Shown: one piece after another, positions 38,330-48,918 of the stretch
Numbering within the stretch: the stretch's first letter is position 1
How the letters are laid out: every line of letters begins with the position of its first letter
Assembly: GCA_002269645.1 (NCBI GenBank)
Contig: NIVC01000234.1
Span: 1 to 64,000 of the forward strand
Direction of reading: 5' to 3'
Origin: Macrostomum lignano
Taxonomy: Eukaryota
Length of the DNA: 64,000 nt
Position numbers and translations under genes: made by a program
Notes under the pieces: model-generated
What the model saw: the letters and a program-made list of their open reading frames with translations, nothing else
What the model was told of the DNA's origin: nothing
The model's database searches: none

Positions 38330-38505
38330 ACATGTAGCTGGCGCCTCCTAATTGTAGCTGGCGCCCCCCAATCTGTAGCTGGCGCCTCCTAATTGTAGCT
38401 GGCGCCCCCGGATCTGTACCTGGCGCCTCGTTAATTGTAGATGGCACCTCCGATTCCTACCTGTAGATGGCACCTCCGATTCCTACCTGTAGATGGCGCC
38501 CCCCC
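38330..38505. repeat. Short tandem repeat, about 20-22-bp units with a TGTAG(C/A)TGGC(G/A)CC core
   Basis: About 8 units, sharing the core with the 41.9-43.1 kb array. Confidence 0.75.
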
Positions 38506-38774
38506 CTCAATCGTTATAACAAACTTTTATTTGAAAGTATCTACTCTAGTACTGCTGATATTAAAATTATAATTAAAAAATGTTTTGTATAGTTGAATCA
38601 AAGTTGAGCACAGCTCGGGTTAATTGAGGGCTATCCTTCATCCTCGAACAGCACGCTCATTGACTGGGTCTTCGTGGTCATTGCGGTTGGCACTGGAGTT
38701 GCAAACGGGGATGAATATAATTAATTAAATAGGCCTTCAAAAAGTGATTGTGTGTGAGCATTAAAAATTGTGAT

Positions 38775-39118
38775 TCTTCCCACCCATTCTGACTCTTCCC
38801 ATCCCATCCAATCCTGGTTATTTCCACCCCACCCTGATTCTTCCCACCCATCCCGATTCTTCCCACCCATCCTGATTCTTCCCACCCCATCCTGATTCTT
38901 CCCACCCCATCCTGATTCTTCCCACCCCATCCTGATTCTTCCCACCCCATCCTGATTCTTCCCACCCCATCCTGATTCTTCCCACCCCATCCTGATTCTT
39001 CCCACCCCATCCTGATTCTTCCCACTCCATCCTGATTCTTCCCATCCCATCCCATCCTGATTTTTTCCTTCCCATCCCATCCGATTCCGATTCTTCCCAT
39101 CTCTTCCCGATTCTTCCC
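38775..39118. repeat. 20-bp minisatellite ATCCTGATTCTTCCCACCCC abutting the AMPD stop codon (3' UTR)
   Basis: Period 20 visible directly. Confidence 0.9.
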
Positions 39119-39121
39119 AAA

Positions 39122-40944
39122 CTAACAGCCACAGGACCCACCCGACAAGCCGCTGTGCCCGTTGTGAGCTCTCGACCTCGGATTAGCGGTGGTAACCAGG
39201 GCCAATTCGTGCAGCAGATTCTCGAAACGAAACGCCACTCGAACGTTAGGCAGATTAGTGTACCGAATATCGTTGCCAAGGACGCCTTCGTGTTGATAGG
39301 CCGGGCCGAGCCAACGCTTCTTCACTTCGTGAGGAAAGCCAGACATGATTACAGAGTTTCTGGCCAGCTCGCACATGTCTGTGTTGGTGAGCTTCCACAC
39401 CTGGGCCGCGATGGAGTACTCTTCCGTCAGCGGCTCCTTGGTGAAGTGGAACATCAGCGGATCGTCTGTGCTCAGCGTCACGCACAGGCCTTTGGCGTGA
39501 AAGTCTGGCAAGGGACTGCGGCTGTAGGGCAGGAACAGGCTGTTGTTGGAGAGCGGCGACATGGCCATGGGCACCTGGGCCAGGTAGTACAGGTACTGCA
39601 GCACCGGTGCCTGCGGGCGAGAGGGGGGCGAAAGTTGTAACGTGGGAGGCTGGCCCAGCAACTGGGGATCTGGGAGGCTGGTCCAGCAACTGAGGATCTG
39701 GGAGGCTGGTCCAGCAACTGAGGATCTGGGAGGTGGCTTACCAACTGAGGATCTGGGAGGCTGGCCCAGCAACTGAGGATCTGGGAGGCTGGCGGCCCAG
39801 CAACTGAGGATCTGGGAGGCTGGCCCACCAACTGAGGATCTGGGAGGCTGGTCCAGCAACTAAGGATCTGGGAGGCTGGCCAGCAACTAAGGATCTGGGA
39901 GGCTGGACCAGCAACTAAGGATCTGGGAGGCTGGTGGCCCACCAACTGAGGATCTGGGAGTCTGGTCCAGCAACTGAGGATCTGGGAGGCTGGCGGCCCA
40001 GCAACTGAGGATCTGGGAGGCTGGCGGCCCAGCAACTGAGGATCTGGGAGGCTGGTCCAGCAATTGAGGATCTGGGAGGTGGCTTACCAACTGAGGATCT
40101 GGGAGACTGGTAGCCCAGCAACTGAGGATCTGGGAGACTGGCCCAGCAGCTGAGGATCTGGGAGGCTGGCCCAGCAACTGAGGATCTGGGAGGCTGGCCC
40201 AGCAACTGAGGATCTGGGAGGCTGGCCCAGCAACTGAGGATCTGGGAGGCTGGCCCAGCAACTAAGGATCTGGGAGGCTGGCCCAGCAACTGAGGATCTG
40301 GGAGACTGGCCTAGCAACTGAGGATCTGAGAGGCTGGTAGCCCAGCAACTGAGGATCTGGGAGGCTGGCCCAGCAACTGAGGATCTGGGAGGCTGGCCCA
40401 GCAACTGAGGATCTGGGAGGCTGGCCCACCAACTGAGGATCTAAGAGGCTGGCCCAGCAACTGAGGATCTGGGAGGCTGGTGGCCCACCAACTGAGGATC
40501 TGGGAGGCTGGCCCAGCAACTAAGGATCTGGGAGGCTGGCACAGCAACTGAGGATCTGGGAGGCTGGTGGCCCAGCAACTGAGGATCTGGGAGGCTGGTG
40601 GCCCAGGAACTGAGGATCTGGGAGGCTACCAACAAAGGATTTGTATCAAAACTATCAATACACCTGGCCCAGCAACTGAGAAGCAACACAGCCAACCTTT
40701 CTGAGCAGCAGGCCGTGGCTAATATTGTCAGCCAGCAAGAAGGCGGTTGCCAGATGATGCACAGGTCCAGCCTCGCCACAGTGCGGCCTGAGAACGATCG
40801 GTTGCAGGCCTCGCTCCCGTCTCAGAGCGTTCAGCGGCACCAGGTTAGCGTACAGGTAGTACAGGTAGTAAGCGTACGGCGGGTTGCGCTGACTCTCCGT
40901 CCATTCGGCCGGTTCCGGGGAGTCGTGATCGAACACCACGGACT
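39122..40944 (-). CDS. AMPD: AMP deaminase, last two coding exons (40944-40697, 39610-39122); 5' exons not found in the window
   Basis: [33 protein letters not shown]|[49 protein letters not shown] and RVAFRFE; catalytic His/Glu/Asp residues intact. A phase-0 GT-AG intron spans 39611-40696. Confidence 0.95.
39640..40626. repeat. Intronic minisatellite, about 28-32-bp unit GGAGGCTGGCCCAGCAACTGAGGATCTG
   Basis: Fills the last AMPD intron. Same family as 35452-36020 in the opposite genomic orientation. Confidence 0.93.
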
Positions 40945-41335
40945 CTGACTTGGAAAAAGTTGTGGCTCAATCACTCAAATTTGCTGCAAATTTTCAGTTC
41001 AGAGCAGGCAAAGTGGCCAAAGAAGGTTAAGAAAACAGTTTTCTGATTTTTTAACAGACTTAACTTTTAAATTTTCAACATTAAAATAGCAAATTCTGCA
41101 TTGATATATACAAGTCTGGCATTTGAGTTGCCAGCCGTCTAGGACGAGATACGCGTTAAACCCGGTCTACCGATCGATCGATCGGTCCGCTCAACTTTAG
41201 ATATAGCTAAGAGAAAGAGAGAGAGATGTTCAATATCGATTTAGTAAGTAGTATTGCAAGGCCGAAGATTGATTAATTTATTGATTTTTTTGTCAAGCAT
41301 TTCTTTCAAACTCCAATGTTCACGCTGTTGGGCCT

Positions 41336-41890
41336 GGGGCCCGTGCTATAGAATACTCTTAACTCCTAAATCCTTAAGAGTGTCCTAACTCCTAGCTCCT
41401 AGCTGGCTTTTCTGTGCTATAGAATCAAGAGTAAATTTTAAGAGCTAGGAGACTCCTTAAGGAGTCAGGGAGGCTCCTAATTGAATTTAGGAGAGCTAAT
41501 TAAGGTGTACAGCGTGCTATAGAATTAGGAGTAACATCTAGGAGCTAGGAGTTAGGAGTCGGCCTTTAGGAGTGATTTCTAGGAGGGTGTGTCCTATAGA
41601 AAGAGAGAATTTTACTCCTAGCTCCTAGCTCCTAGTCAAAAGATCAAGGGCCGGGTAGTCAGTCTTAGAACTGCTAGGAGTGATGCTTTCCGACAGCGAA
41701 ACCGATTCAGGAGATGAAGGAAGAGCCAATAATCGACGACCTCGACAATTTAAGGATCGGATAAATTTCCTCGACGACTTTCTAACTGCTTCGCGTTTTC
41801 GGCTGAACGAGAATCAGCTTGCAAACCTAACAAACCGAATTCGAGATCGAATTGCGCACCGGACACGCTGCAACTATGCTTTGAGCGCCG
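41336..41890 (+). mobile_element. PIF/Harbinger DNA transposon 5' fragment (terminus with subterminal repeats plus transposase N-terminus)
   Basis: Begins GGGCCCGTGCTATAGAA, with repeated GTGCTATAGAA and TAGGAG/CTCCTA motifs in both orientations. ORF 41680 (RPRQFKDRINFLDD...SRFRL...IAHRTRCNYALSAE) matches the Harbi1-type transposase N-terminal pattern and is truncated by the minisatellite. Confidence 0.65.
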
Positions 41891-43093
41891 AGCCCTCTGT
41901 AGCTGATGCCCCTCTGTAGCTGGCGCCCTCTGCAGCTGATGCCCTTCTGTAGCTGATGCCCCTCTGTAGCTGGCGCCCTCTGCAGCTGATGCCCTTCTGT
42001 AGCTGATGCCCCTCTGTAGCTGGCGCCCTCTGCAGCTGATGCCTCTCTGTAGCTGATGCCCCTCTGTAGCTGATGCCCTTCTGTAGCTGATGCCTCTCTG
42101 TAGCTGATGCCCCTCTGCAGCTGATGCCCTTCTGTAGCTGATGCCCCTCTGTAGCTGATGCCCCTCTGTAGCTGATGCCCCTCTGTAGCTGGCGCCCTCT
42201 GCAGCTGATGCCTCTCTGTAGCTGGCGTATTCTGTAGCTGATGCCCCTCTGTAGCTGATGCCCCTCTGTAGCTGATGCCCCTCTGTAGCTGATGCCCCTC
42301 TGTAGCTGATGCCCCTCTGTAGCTGATGCCCCTCTGTAGCTGGCGCCCTCTGCAGCTGATGCCCTTCTGTAGCTGATGCCCCTCTGTAGCTGGCGCCCTC
42401 TGCAGCTGATGCCTCTCTGTAGCTGGCGTACTCTGTAGCTGATGCCCCTCTGTAGCTGATGCCCCTCTGTAGCTGATGCCCCTCTGTAGCTGATGCCCCT
42501 CTGTAGCTGATGCCCCTCTGTAGCTGATGCCCCTCTGTAGCTGATGCCCCTCTGTAGCTGATGCCCCTCTGTAGCTGATGCCCCTCTGTAGCTGATGCCC
42601 CTCTGTAGCTGATGCCCCTCTGTAGCTGATGCCCCTCTGTAGCTGATGCCCCTCTGTAGCTGATGCCCCTCTGTAGCTGGCGCCCTCTGTAGCTGATGCC
42701 CCTCTGTAGCTGGCGTACTCAGCAGCTGATGCCCCTCTGTAGCTGATGCCCCTCTGTAGCTGATGCCCCTCTGTAGCTGATGTCCCTCTGTAGCTGATGC
42801 CCCTCTGTAGCTGATGCCCCTCTGTAGCTGATGCCCCTCTGTAGCTGGCGCCCTCTGTAGCTGATGCCCCTCTGTAGCTGGCGCCCTCTGCAGCTGATGC
42901 CCCTCTGTAGCTGGCGCCCTCAGCAGCTGATGCCCCTCTGTAGCCGGCGCCCTCTGTAGCTGATGCCCCTCTGTAGCTGGCGTACTCAGCAGCTGATGCC
43001 CCTCTGTAGCTGGCGCCCTCTATAGCTGATGCCCCTCTGTAGCTGGCGTACTCAGCAGCTGATGCCCCTCTGTAGCTGGCGCCCTCTATAGCC
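41890..43093. repeat. Minisatellite, 17/16-bp units CTGTAGCTGATGCCCCT / CTGTAGCTGGCGCCCT
   Basis: About 70 copies between the Harbinger fragment and the Gypsy gag. Confidence 0.95.
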
Positions 43094-43094
43094 A

Positions 43095-45730
43095 ACAGCG
43101 TGAACGCGGCGGAGATGGTGAGGCCCAGGGCCAGTGGAGGCCAGAGCTGCCAGCGATGCGGCCAGGCGCCACATCGCCGACCCGACAGACTGCCGGGCTC
43201 TGAAGGTTACGTGCCACAAGTGCGGCAAGACTGGCCACTTCGCGAAGGTCTGCCGGAGTGCCAGGACCCACTTTGTCACAGCCAACGAATCCAAGCACTC
43301 TGACTCAGCCGTGACCAGAGACGAGCCGGTTTTCTACTGCGGTGCGGGCACCCGTGCTGCATTCTGCGATGTGAAAATCAACAGAAGGCAGGTCAAAATG
43401 GAAAAGGACAGCGGAGCCTCGTGCTCACTGATCTCGAGAAAGATCTGGGAAGAACTCGGCAGGCCGCCCCTGAAGTCGCCCAAGTCTCGGATGCTGGCCT
43501 ACGACGGGCACGTAATGAAGCAGCTCGGCATCCTGGAGTGCCTGGTGGAGACTGGCGGCCCTGATGGCCGCTTCGCTGCGGCGGAGCTGCCCGTCATCGA
43601 ATGCGAGCAGAAGTTCGGGTTGCTCGGCCGGGATCTGCTCAGCTCGCTGCTGGGTGAGCACCCAAGTGTCATCGTGCACCAGGACGATGTACTCATGGGA
43701 GCGGTGTCGAAAGCGGAGCTGCAGAATATCAGAGAGAAGGTGCTGGACAAGCTGAGGACGGCTAATGGGAAAATCAACGAAGCGAAGTGCATTTTGGAGG
43801 CCAATTATCTTGAAGTTCCTGGGCCACATCATCGATGAAGAGGGGATCAAGCCGGACCCGGGAATGGTGCAGAAGATTCAGGATGTGGAGGCTCCGAAAA
43901 GCAAGAAGGATCTCGAGCGGTTTCTGGGACTTGCGCAGTTCTATGGTCGATTGGTTCCCAACTTTGCTGAGAAGTGTCGGCCTCTGCAGGAACTTCGTCG
44001 AGCGGACCGTGTGTTTGACTGGAGTGCGGCTGCCGAGGCGGCGTTCACCAATGTGAAGCAGAGCCTGAGCTCGAATCCGTGTGTGAAACCGTTTGACGTC
44101 AACTCGCCGGTGTGTCTGCGGGTGGATGCTAGCGAGCAGTCGCTGGGCGCTGTGCTGGTGCAGTCAGGACACCCAGTCATGTACCTCTCTCGGGCGCTGA
44201 CCAAGTCTGAGGCCAATTACTCCAACATTGAGAGGGAGGCACTGGCCATTATTTGGGCGGTGGAGCGAGCCCACAAGATGCTTCTGGGGAAAGAGGTTCA
44301 CGCTGCAGACTGACCACGAACCACTGAAGTACATCTTCAATCCCAGCAAGAATCTTCCTAAAACAGTGTCGGCAAGACTAACTCGCTGGGCACTGCGACT
44401 ATCTGCTTTTGACTACGAGGTGGAGTATGTGCCAGGAAGACTTATGGTGGATGCGGATGCCTTGTCTTCTTTGAGTTTTGCTGCCCAAGACCCTCCGAGT
44501 GACGCTGTGCACCAGCTGGAGCATGAAGAGGTCGTGTCAGAAGGAGCTCTGATGACTCTGCAGGATCTTCGTGACGGAACCAGGATGTGCGCGTTGATGA
44601 AGCGGCTGCAGCAGAGGATCCGAACGGGCCGGTGGGGCCAGGTGTCGCAGGTGGAGAGGCCGTACAAAGCGTGCCGGGAGGCGCTGTCGGTGGAAGATGG
44701 TCTGGTGATCCACGGAACCAGAATTGTGCCGCCACCTGATCTCCGCAGGCGCATCCTGGAGGTGGCGCACGACGAGGTGCATCCGAGCGTCGACAACACC
44801 AAGGCGCACATCTCCAAGGAGTTCTGGTGGCCGGGTCTCGATCGCGATGTTCGCAGCTTTGTGGAGCGCTGCCAGCAGTGCTCAGAAACTCGGCCAGTCC
44901 TGCAGCGGAGAATCGACACCTGGCCAGCAGAGAGTGAGCCGTGGTCCCCGGTTCACATGGACCATTGTGAGATATCTGGAGTCGGCCTGCTACTGCTGCT
45001 GTCGGACTCCTACTCGGGGTGGCCTGAGGCCATCCAGGTGCCAGACCGAACTGCGGACAGTGTCCTGTGGGTTCTGAGAGTGGTGTTCGCGAGGAACGGA
45101 GTGCCTCGGACGCTGATGTCGGACAATGCGCCGGAGTTCAAGTCAGAGAGAGTGTCCCAGTGGCTGCACAGCATCGGGTTCCAGGAGCTGCACACTCCAT
45201 CCGGTCTCGAACGGTCAGACAAAAAGGCTGGTGAGGATCATTAAGGATGGACTCAAGGCGTGGACAATAATGGTGCCGTTCGACCACTTTCTGCAGAAAC
45301 TGCTGCTGACGATCAGGACCAGCCGGCCCAGTGGAAATCGAGCGGCATCTCCGGACATTCTGATGTGGGGTCGTCGCCTAAACATGACTGAGCAGGTGGG
45401 CGATCCAATCTTGCTGAGGATGCGTCCGGGATGCTCGCCGGTTCCGGCCAAGTACGTGGTGCAGCAGGGCCGAACACGGCGCTGGTAGCCCCTGCGGACC
45501 AATCGGACGGCGGCCTGCGGCTGCATGGCGCACTCGAATCAGTGAACCGGCCGGATGAGTGCGCCTGGGTCGCTTTAGGGGGCCGAACCTGAGTCGGAGT
45601 TGCGGGAGCAGCTTCCTGACGCCAAGGTTGAGCAACTCTCTGATCCGGAACCAACGGCAGCGCCCCTGACCAGCGGCCGGAGGGAACCGTACGAGCTTCG
45701 GCCGCGCCAGCCGGTCTGCTATAAAGACTA
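43095..45730 (+). mobile_element. Decayed Ty3/Gypsy (Mag-like) LTR retrotransposon: gag knuckles, protease, partial RT, RNase H, integrase
   Basis: CQRCGQAPH and CHKCGKTGHFAKVC knuckles; protease DSGASCSLI...LLGRD; RT VHQDD and FLGHII; RNase H DASEQSLGAVL...YSNIEREALAI...TDH; integrase H-H-C-C, HMDH and SDNAPEF. Several frameshifts; 5' LTR not seen. Confidence 0.92.
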
Positions 45731-45961
45731 GTGACTCTTTGTGACTGTACTTGACTCTGATTTTTTACTACTGGTTTCAGTCTTCGTTTGCTTTTGCGGG
45801 GGGCAGTGTTGGGCCTGGTGCCTGGGGGGTTGGGTGTGTGCTTTTACTCTGCGTATCGTTTGTGATTTTAACCCTGTGCGTGCGCCCTGTGTCTGGTCTC
45901 ACGCTCTTTGCACGTCTCTGCTCTATCGTGACTTGAATGTACACTGTTGGTGTTTTAGCCC

Positions 45962-46112
45962 TTAGGTCGGGGGTTCGATTCCAGACTCGAATTGTGTTCT
46001 TAAGCAAGACACTTAACTCTTCATTGCTTAAGTTCACCCATCTGTTAAATGGGTACCAGCATTAGCTGGGATAATTTAAGATGGGTGTGGCGTCCCCCCA
46101 GTCCACGGACTG
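45962..46112 (+). mobile_element. tRNA-derived CORE-like SINE, copy 3
   Basis: GGGGGTTCGATTCC B-box, then TGTGTTCTTAAGCAAGACACTTAAC...AGTTCACCCATCTGTTAAATGGGTACC. Confidence 0.7.
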
Positions 46113-47289
46113 AACAGCTAGCTGTATGCAACCAATCCATAATTTTTTCCTAAAGCCTGCCTGTCTTGCGCCTTTGAACATTGCACTTTTATGCTAGACA
46201 CAACTTTTTACAGTCGCGTATGCTTTTTAGGTTAAGGTTAGCTTAATTTTTGCCCTGAGTCCATGGACTGGAGTTTTCCTACTGCTGTACATCTAGTGGT
46301 TTATGTGTTAGATGAGTCAAGACGTATTTATAGATATTTTCATATTAGGTTTGAAGTTTTTTCTTGATTTTACTTTTGGTTTGGGAATAATAAAATAGCG
46401 AGCTGTCAGTTTGAATTCACGCTTTGCTCTGTGCCGCGATCCCAGCATCAATTAAATGTGATTCGACGCCTAAAAACAGAATGCTTATTGAACTGACAGG
46501 ACTCAATTGATATGTTTCCGAGTTTTGCATTGACAGCAATTTTTGCATAGCACAACAGCCTGGCCTGGCAATGCAACTTTAAGGGGGTTTAACTGTCATT
46601 CCAATGAGACACGGTAATTTAAATAAAAACTTAGGAAATGCTCTATGGTCAAAACGTTTTGCTTTTCGTGACTGGCTGGGCTTAGAAGAAGTTAACTAAA
46701 GACAAGCTGGCTTTCAAAACAAAATTGAAAAACATGTTCGCTGAAGTGTCTGGAGACCACAGATGATCTAATGATTTGAATATTAATTTACTCGTCGCCT
46801 CCTTGCATTCATCAACTCATTCAGTCTGAGACTACAAGCAGCGGCCTGAGATTGTGTCTTAGCTGATATGAGAATAATAGCAGAGTAATTGAAAAGCTGC
46901 CATGAGCTGCTATATTTCTGATGTCGTTGCAAATGCTGAAAAACTGCTTTGAGATTATTCTGGCACACACCAAAAATGGAATATTTATAAGTAACTATTA
47001 ATAGATAAATATAACGATTACGAGTTTCGGCTCAGTGACAACTGACAAGAAACCCGGGAGCTGGCGCGACCTCCTGGATATTACCTCCTGGGCAGTGAGC
47101 CTCCAGGCAGCACGCTCAGCCTGACCGCCCGTACGCCTCTGACCCCCACAGCGCCACCCACACCGCAAAGCCAGCAGAGGCACGCGTCCGAACAAGACCA
47201 ACAGCCAAGCCGCCGCTGCTTTTTCTCGCCCAGCTCCGCACGGGCCGGGTCTAAAGGCTATCGTCACCGTACTGGGCTAGAACCCAACG

Positions 47290-47720
47290 CCACTTGCTCG
47301 CAAGGCACCAGCACCAGCACCACCAGCACTATAACCACCAGCTGCGCCACCAACACCACCAGCACTAACCACCAGCACTAACCACCAGCACCACCAGCAC
47401 TAACCACCAGCACCACCAGCACTAACCACGAGCATCACCAGCACTAACCACCAGCACCACCAGCACTAACCCACCAGCACCACCAGCACTAACCACCAGC
47501 ATCACCAGCACTAACCACCAGCACCACCAGCACTACCACCAGCATCACCAGCACTAACCACCAGCACCACCAGCACTAACCACCATCATCACCAGCACTA
47601 ACCACCAGCACCACCAGCACTACCTCCAGCACCACCAGCACCATTACTAGCACCACCAGCACAACCCCTAATACCAGCACCAGCACCATCACTACCACCA
47701 GCACTACCAGCACCACCACG
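47290..47720. repeat. Degenerate (CACCAG/ACC/CTAA) simple repeat
   Basis: Runs of CACCAGCAC(TAA)C. Confidence 0.85.
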
Positions 47721-48918
47721 CCAGTGCCGCCAGTGCAGAATGCACAACAGTAAACTGTATGCGAAGGCAAAAAAAAACATTTCAACAATTTACGTTTTGA
47801 TAACAAATGGTCGAAAAATGTTAACTTTTTTCAAACGCAAATTAATATATTAATATTTATTGGGGTTAAAAAATCAATAGAAAAATTTCTGCAAGAGTAA
47901 TATACGATATTATAATAATATCACATTTCGTACGTTATGAATCGCAGCTAAAATAAAAAGTCAGTACTACTGCGGCAAAAAAGGTTTGCTAAATAGAATT
48001 TCATGATAATGGTATTATATCGCATTTTAAGGTAATAAACAAACTGATTTCTTAGTACGAGCGTACTTAGTAAGTACTCAGTGGTTAGTTTACTTAAATC
48101 AAATGGCAAAGAGCAGCAGAAAACAGCCCAAGCAATATCCACTGCTTTCGTTTCACTTCACCTGGCAAATCAAATACTCAAGCGAGTAAGTAAAGCACAG
48201 TCGGGAAATATATGATCATGTACCATGTCAAGTTAAGAGAACAGTTAGCAATTAACGAAATTACACTACGCGGCTAGCTACGTGTTATAATAATAAAGCA
48301 TGATAACCAAATGATTCTTATTCTCAAGTGTTCTCATGTTTCAAAGAGAAGTGAATTTCTAAAGCGATATGCACTTCAGGTGTGTCATAAGTGAAACTCT
48401 GCTACCTCTTCTTCGCAGAGTGAGTTTCAGCTAAGTCCCGACGCTGGGATGAGTGGCAGAACGGTCTAATGCGTTTTGCCTCTCGCACCACCGTCCCTGA
48501 GCTCGATTCCGCGGAGAGGCCACACTAATTTGAGGCGCAGCCGTGGAGAGAAGATTTGGGGGCTTTTCGTGCAATTTACGCTCATGAAGGCCAACCTCCA
48601 AGGCACAGAGAGAATGTACACTGCCTGACGTCACAAAATGATGTGTCAAAGGCCCACAGCCCTCCTGCAAATATTACTATTATTAAGCCCCGAAGCTGAA
48701 TTGCCATCGGGTCATTGGTACTAATGGATTCATTGACTTAATTGTCAGTTTTCTCTCTAGTTACTTAACGAGGACGGTGACATTGTTAATGACTAATACC
48801 CGAAGTACACACACATTTTGAATAACTGCAGAGTGCAAAAATTAAAAGAGCAAATTTATAGAACTTAATTGAAAAATCTGATTAAATAAAGTCGTGAAAA
48901 ATGAATGATAAATATGTG

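Noticed and set aside
41169-41186. Perfect 18-bp palindrome ACCGATCGATCGATCGGT
   Set aside because: Explained by a short (GATC)n microsatellite.
52-43093. CRISPR-like appearance of regular arrays
   Set aside because: No unique spacers between repeats, a eukaryotic context and no cas genes.
35414-43095. Repeat-derived ORFs ([16 protein letters not shown] and GASYRGAS types)
   Set aside because: Minisatellite translations in all frames; the real exons splice around them.
45796-45943. Possible PPT (GCGGGGGGCAG) and short 3' LTR (TGT...ACA) after the Gypsy integrase
   Set aside because: There is no 5' LTR or TSD to compare with, so the boundaries cannot be supported.
47576-47806. Gly/Ala-rich or Val-rich ORFs
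   Set aside because: They come from a degenerate CACCAG simple repeat with stops and frameshifts.
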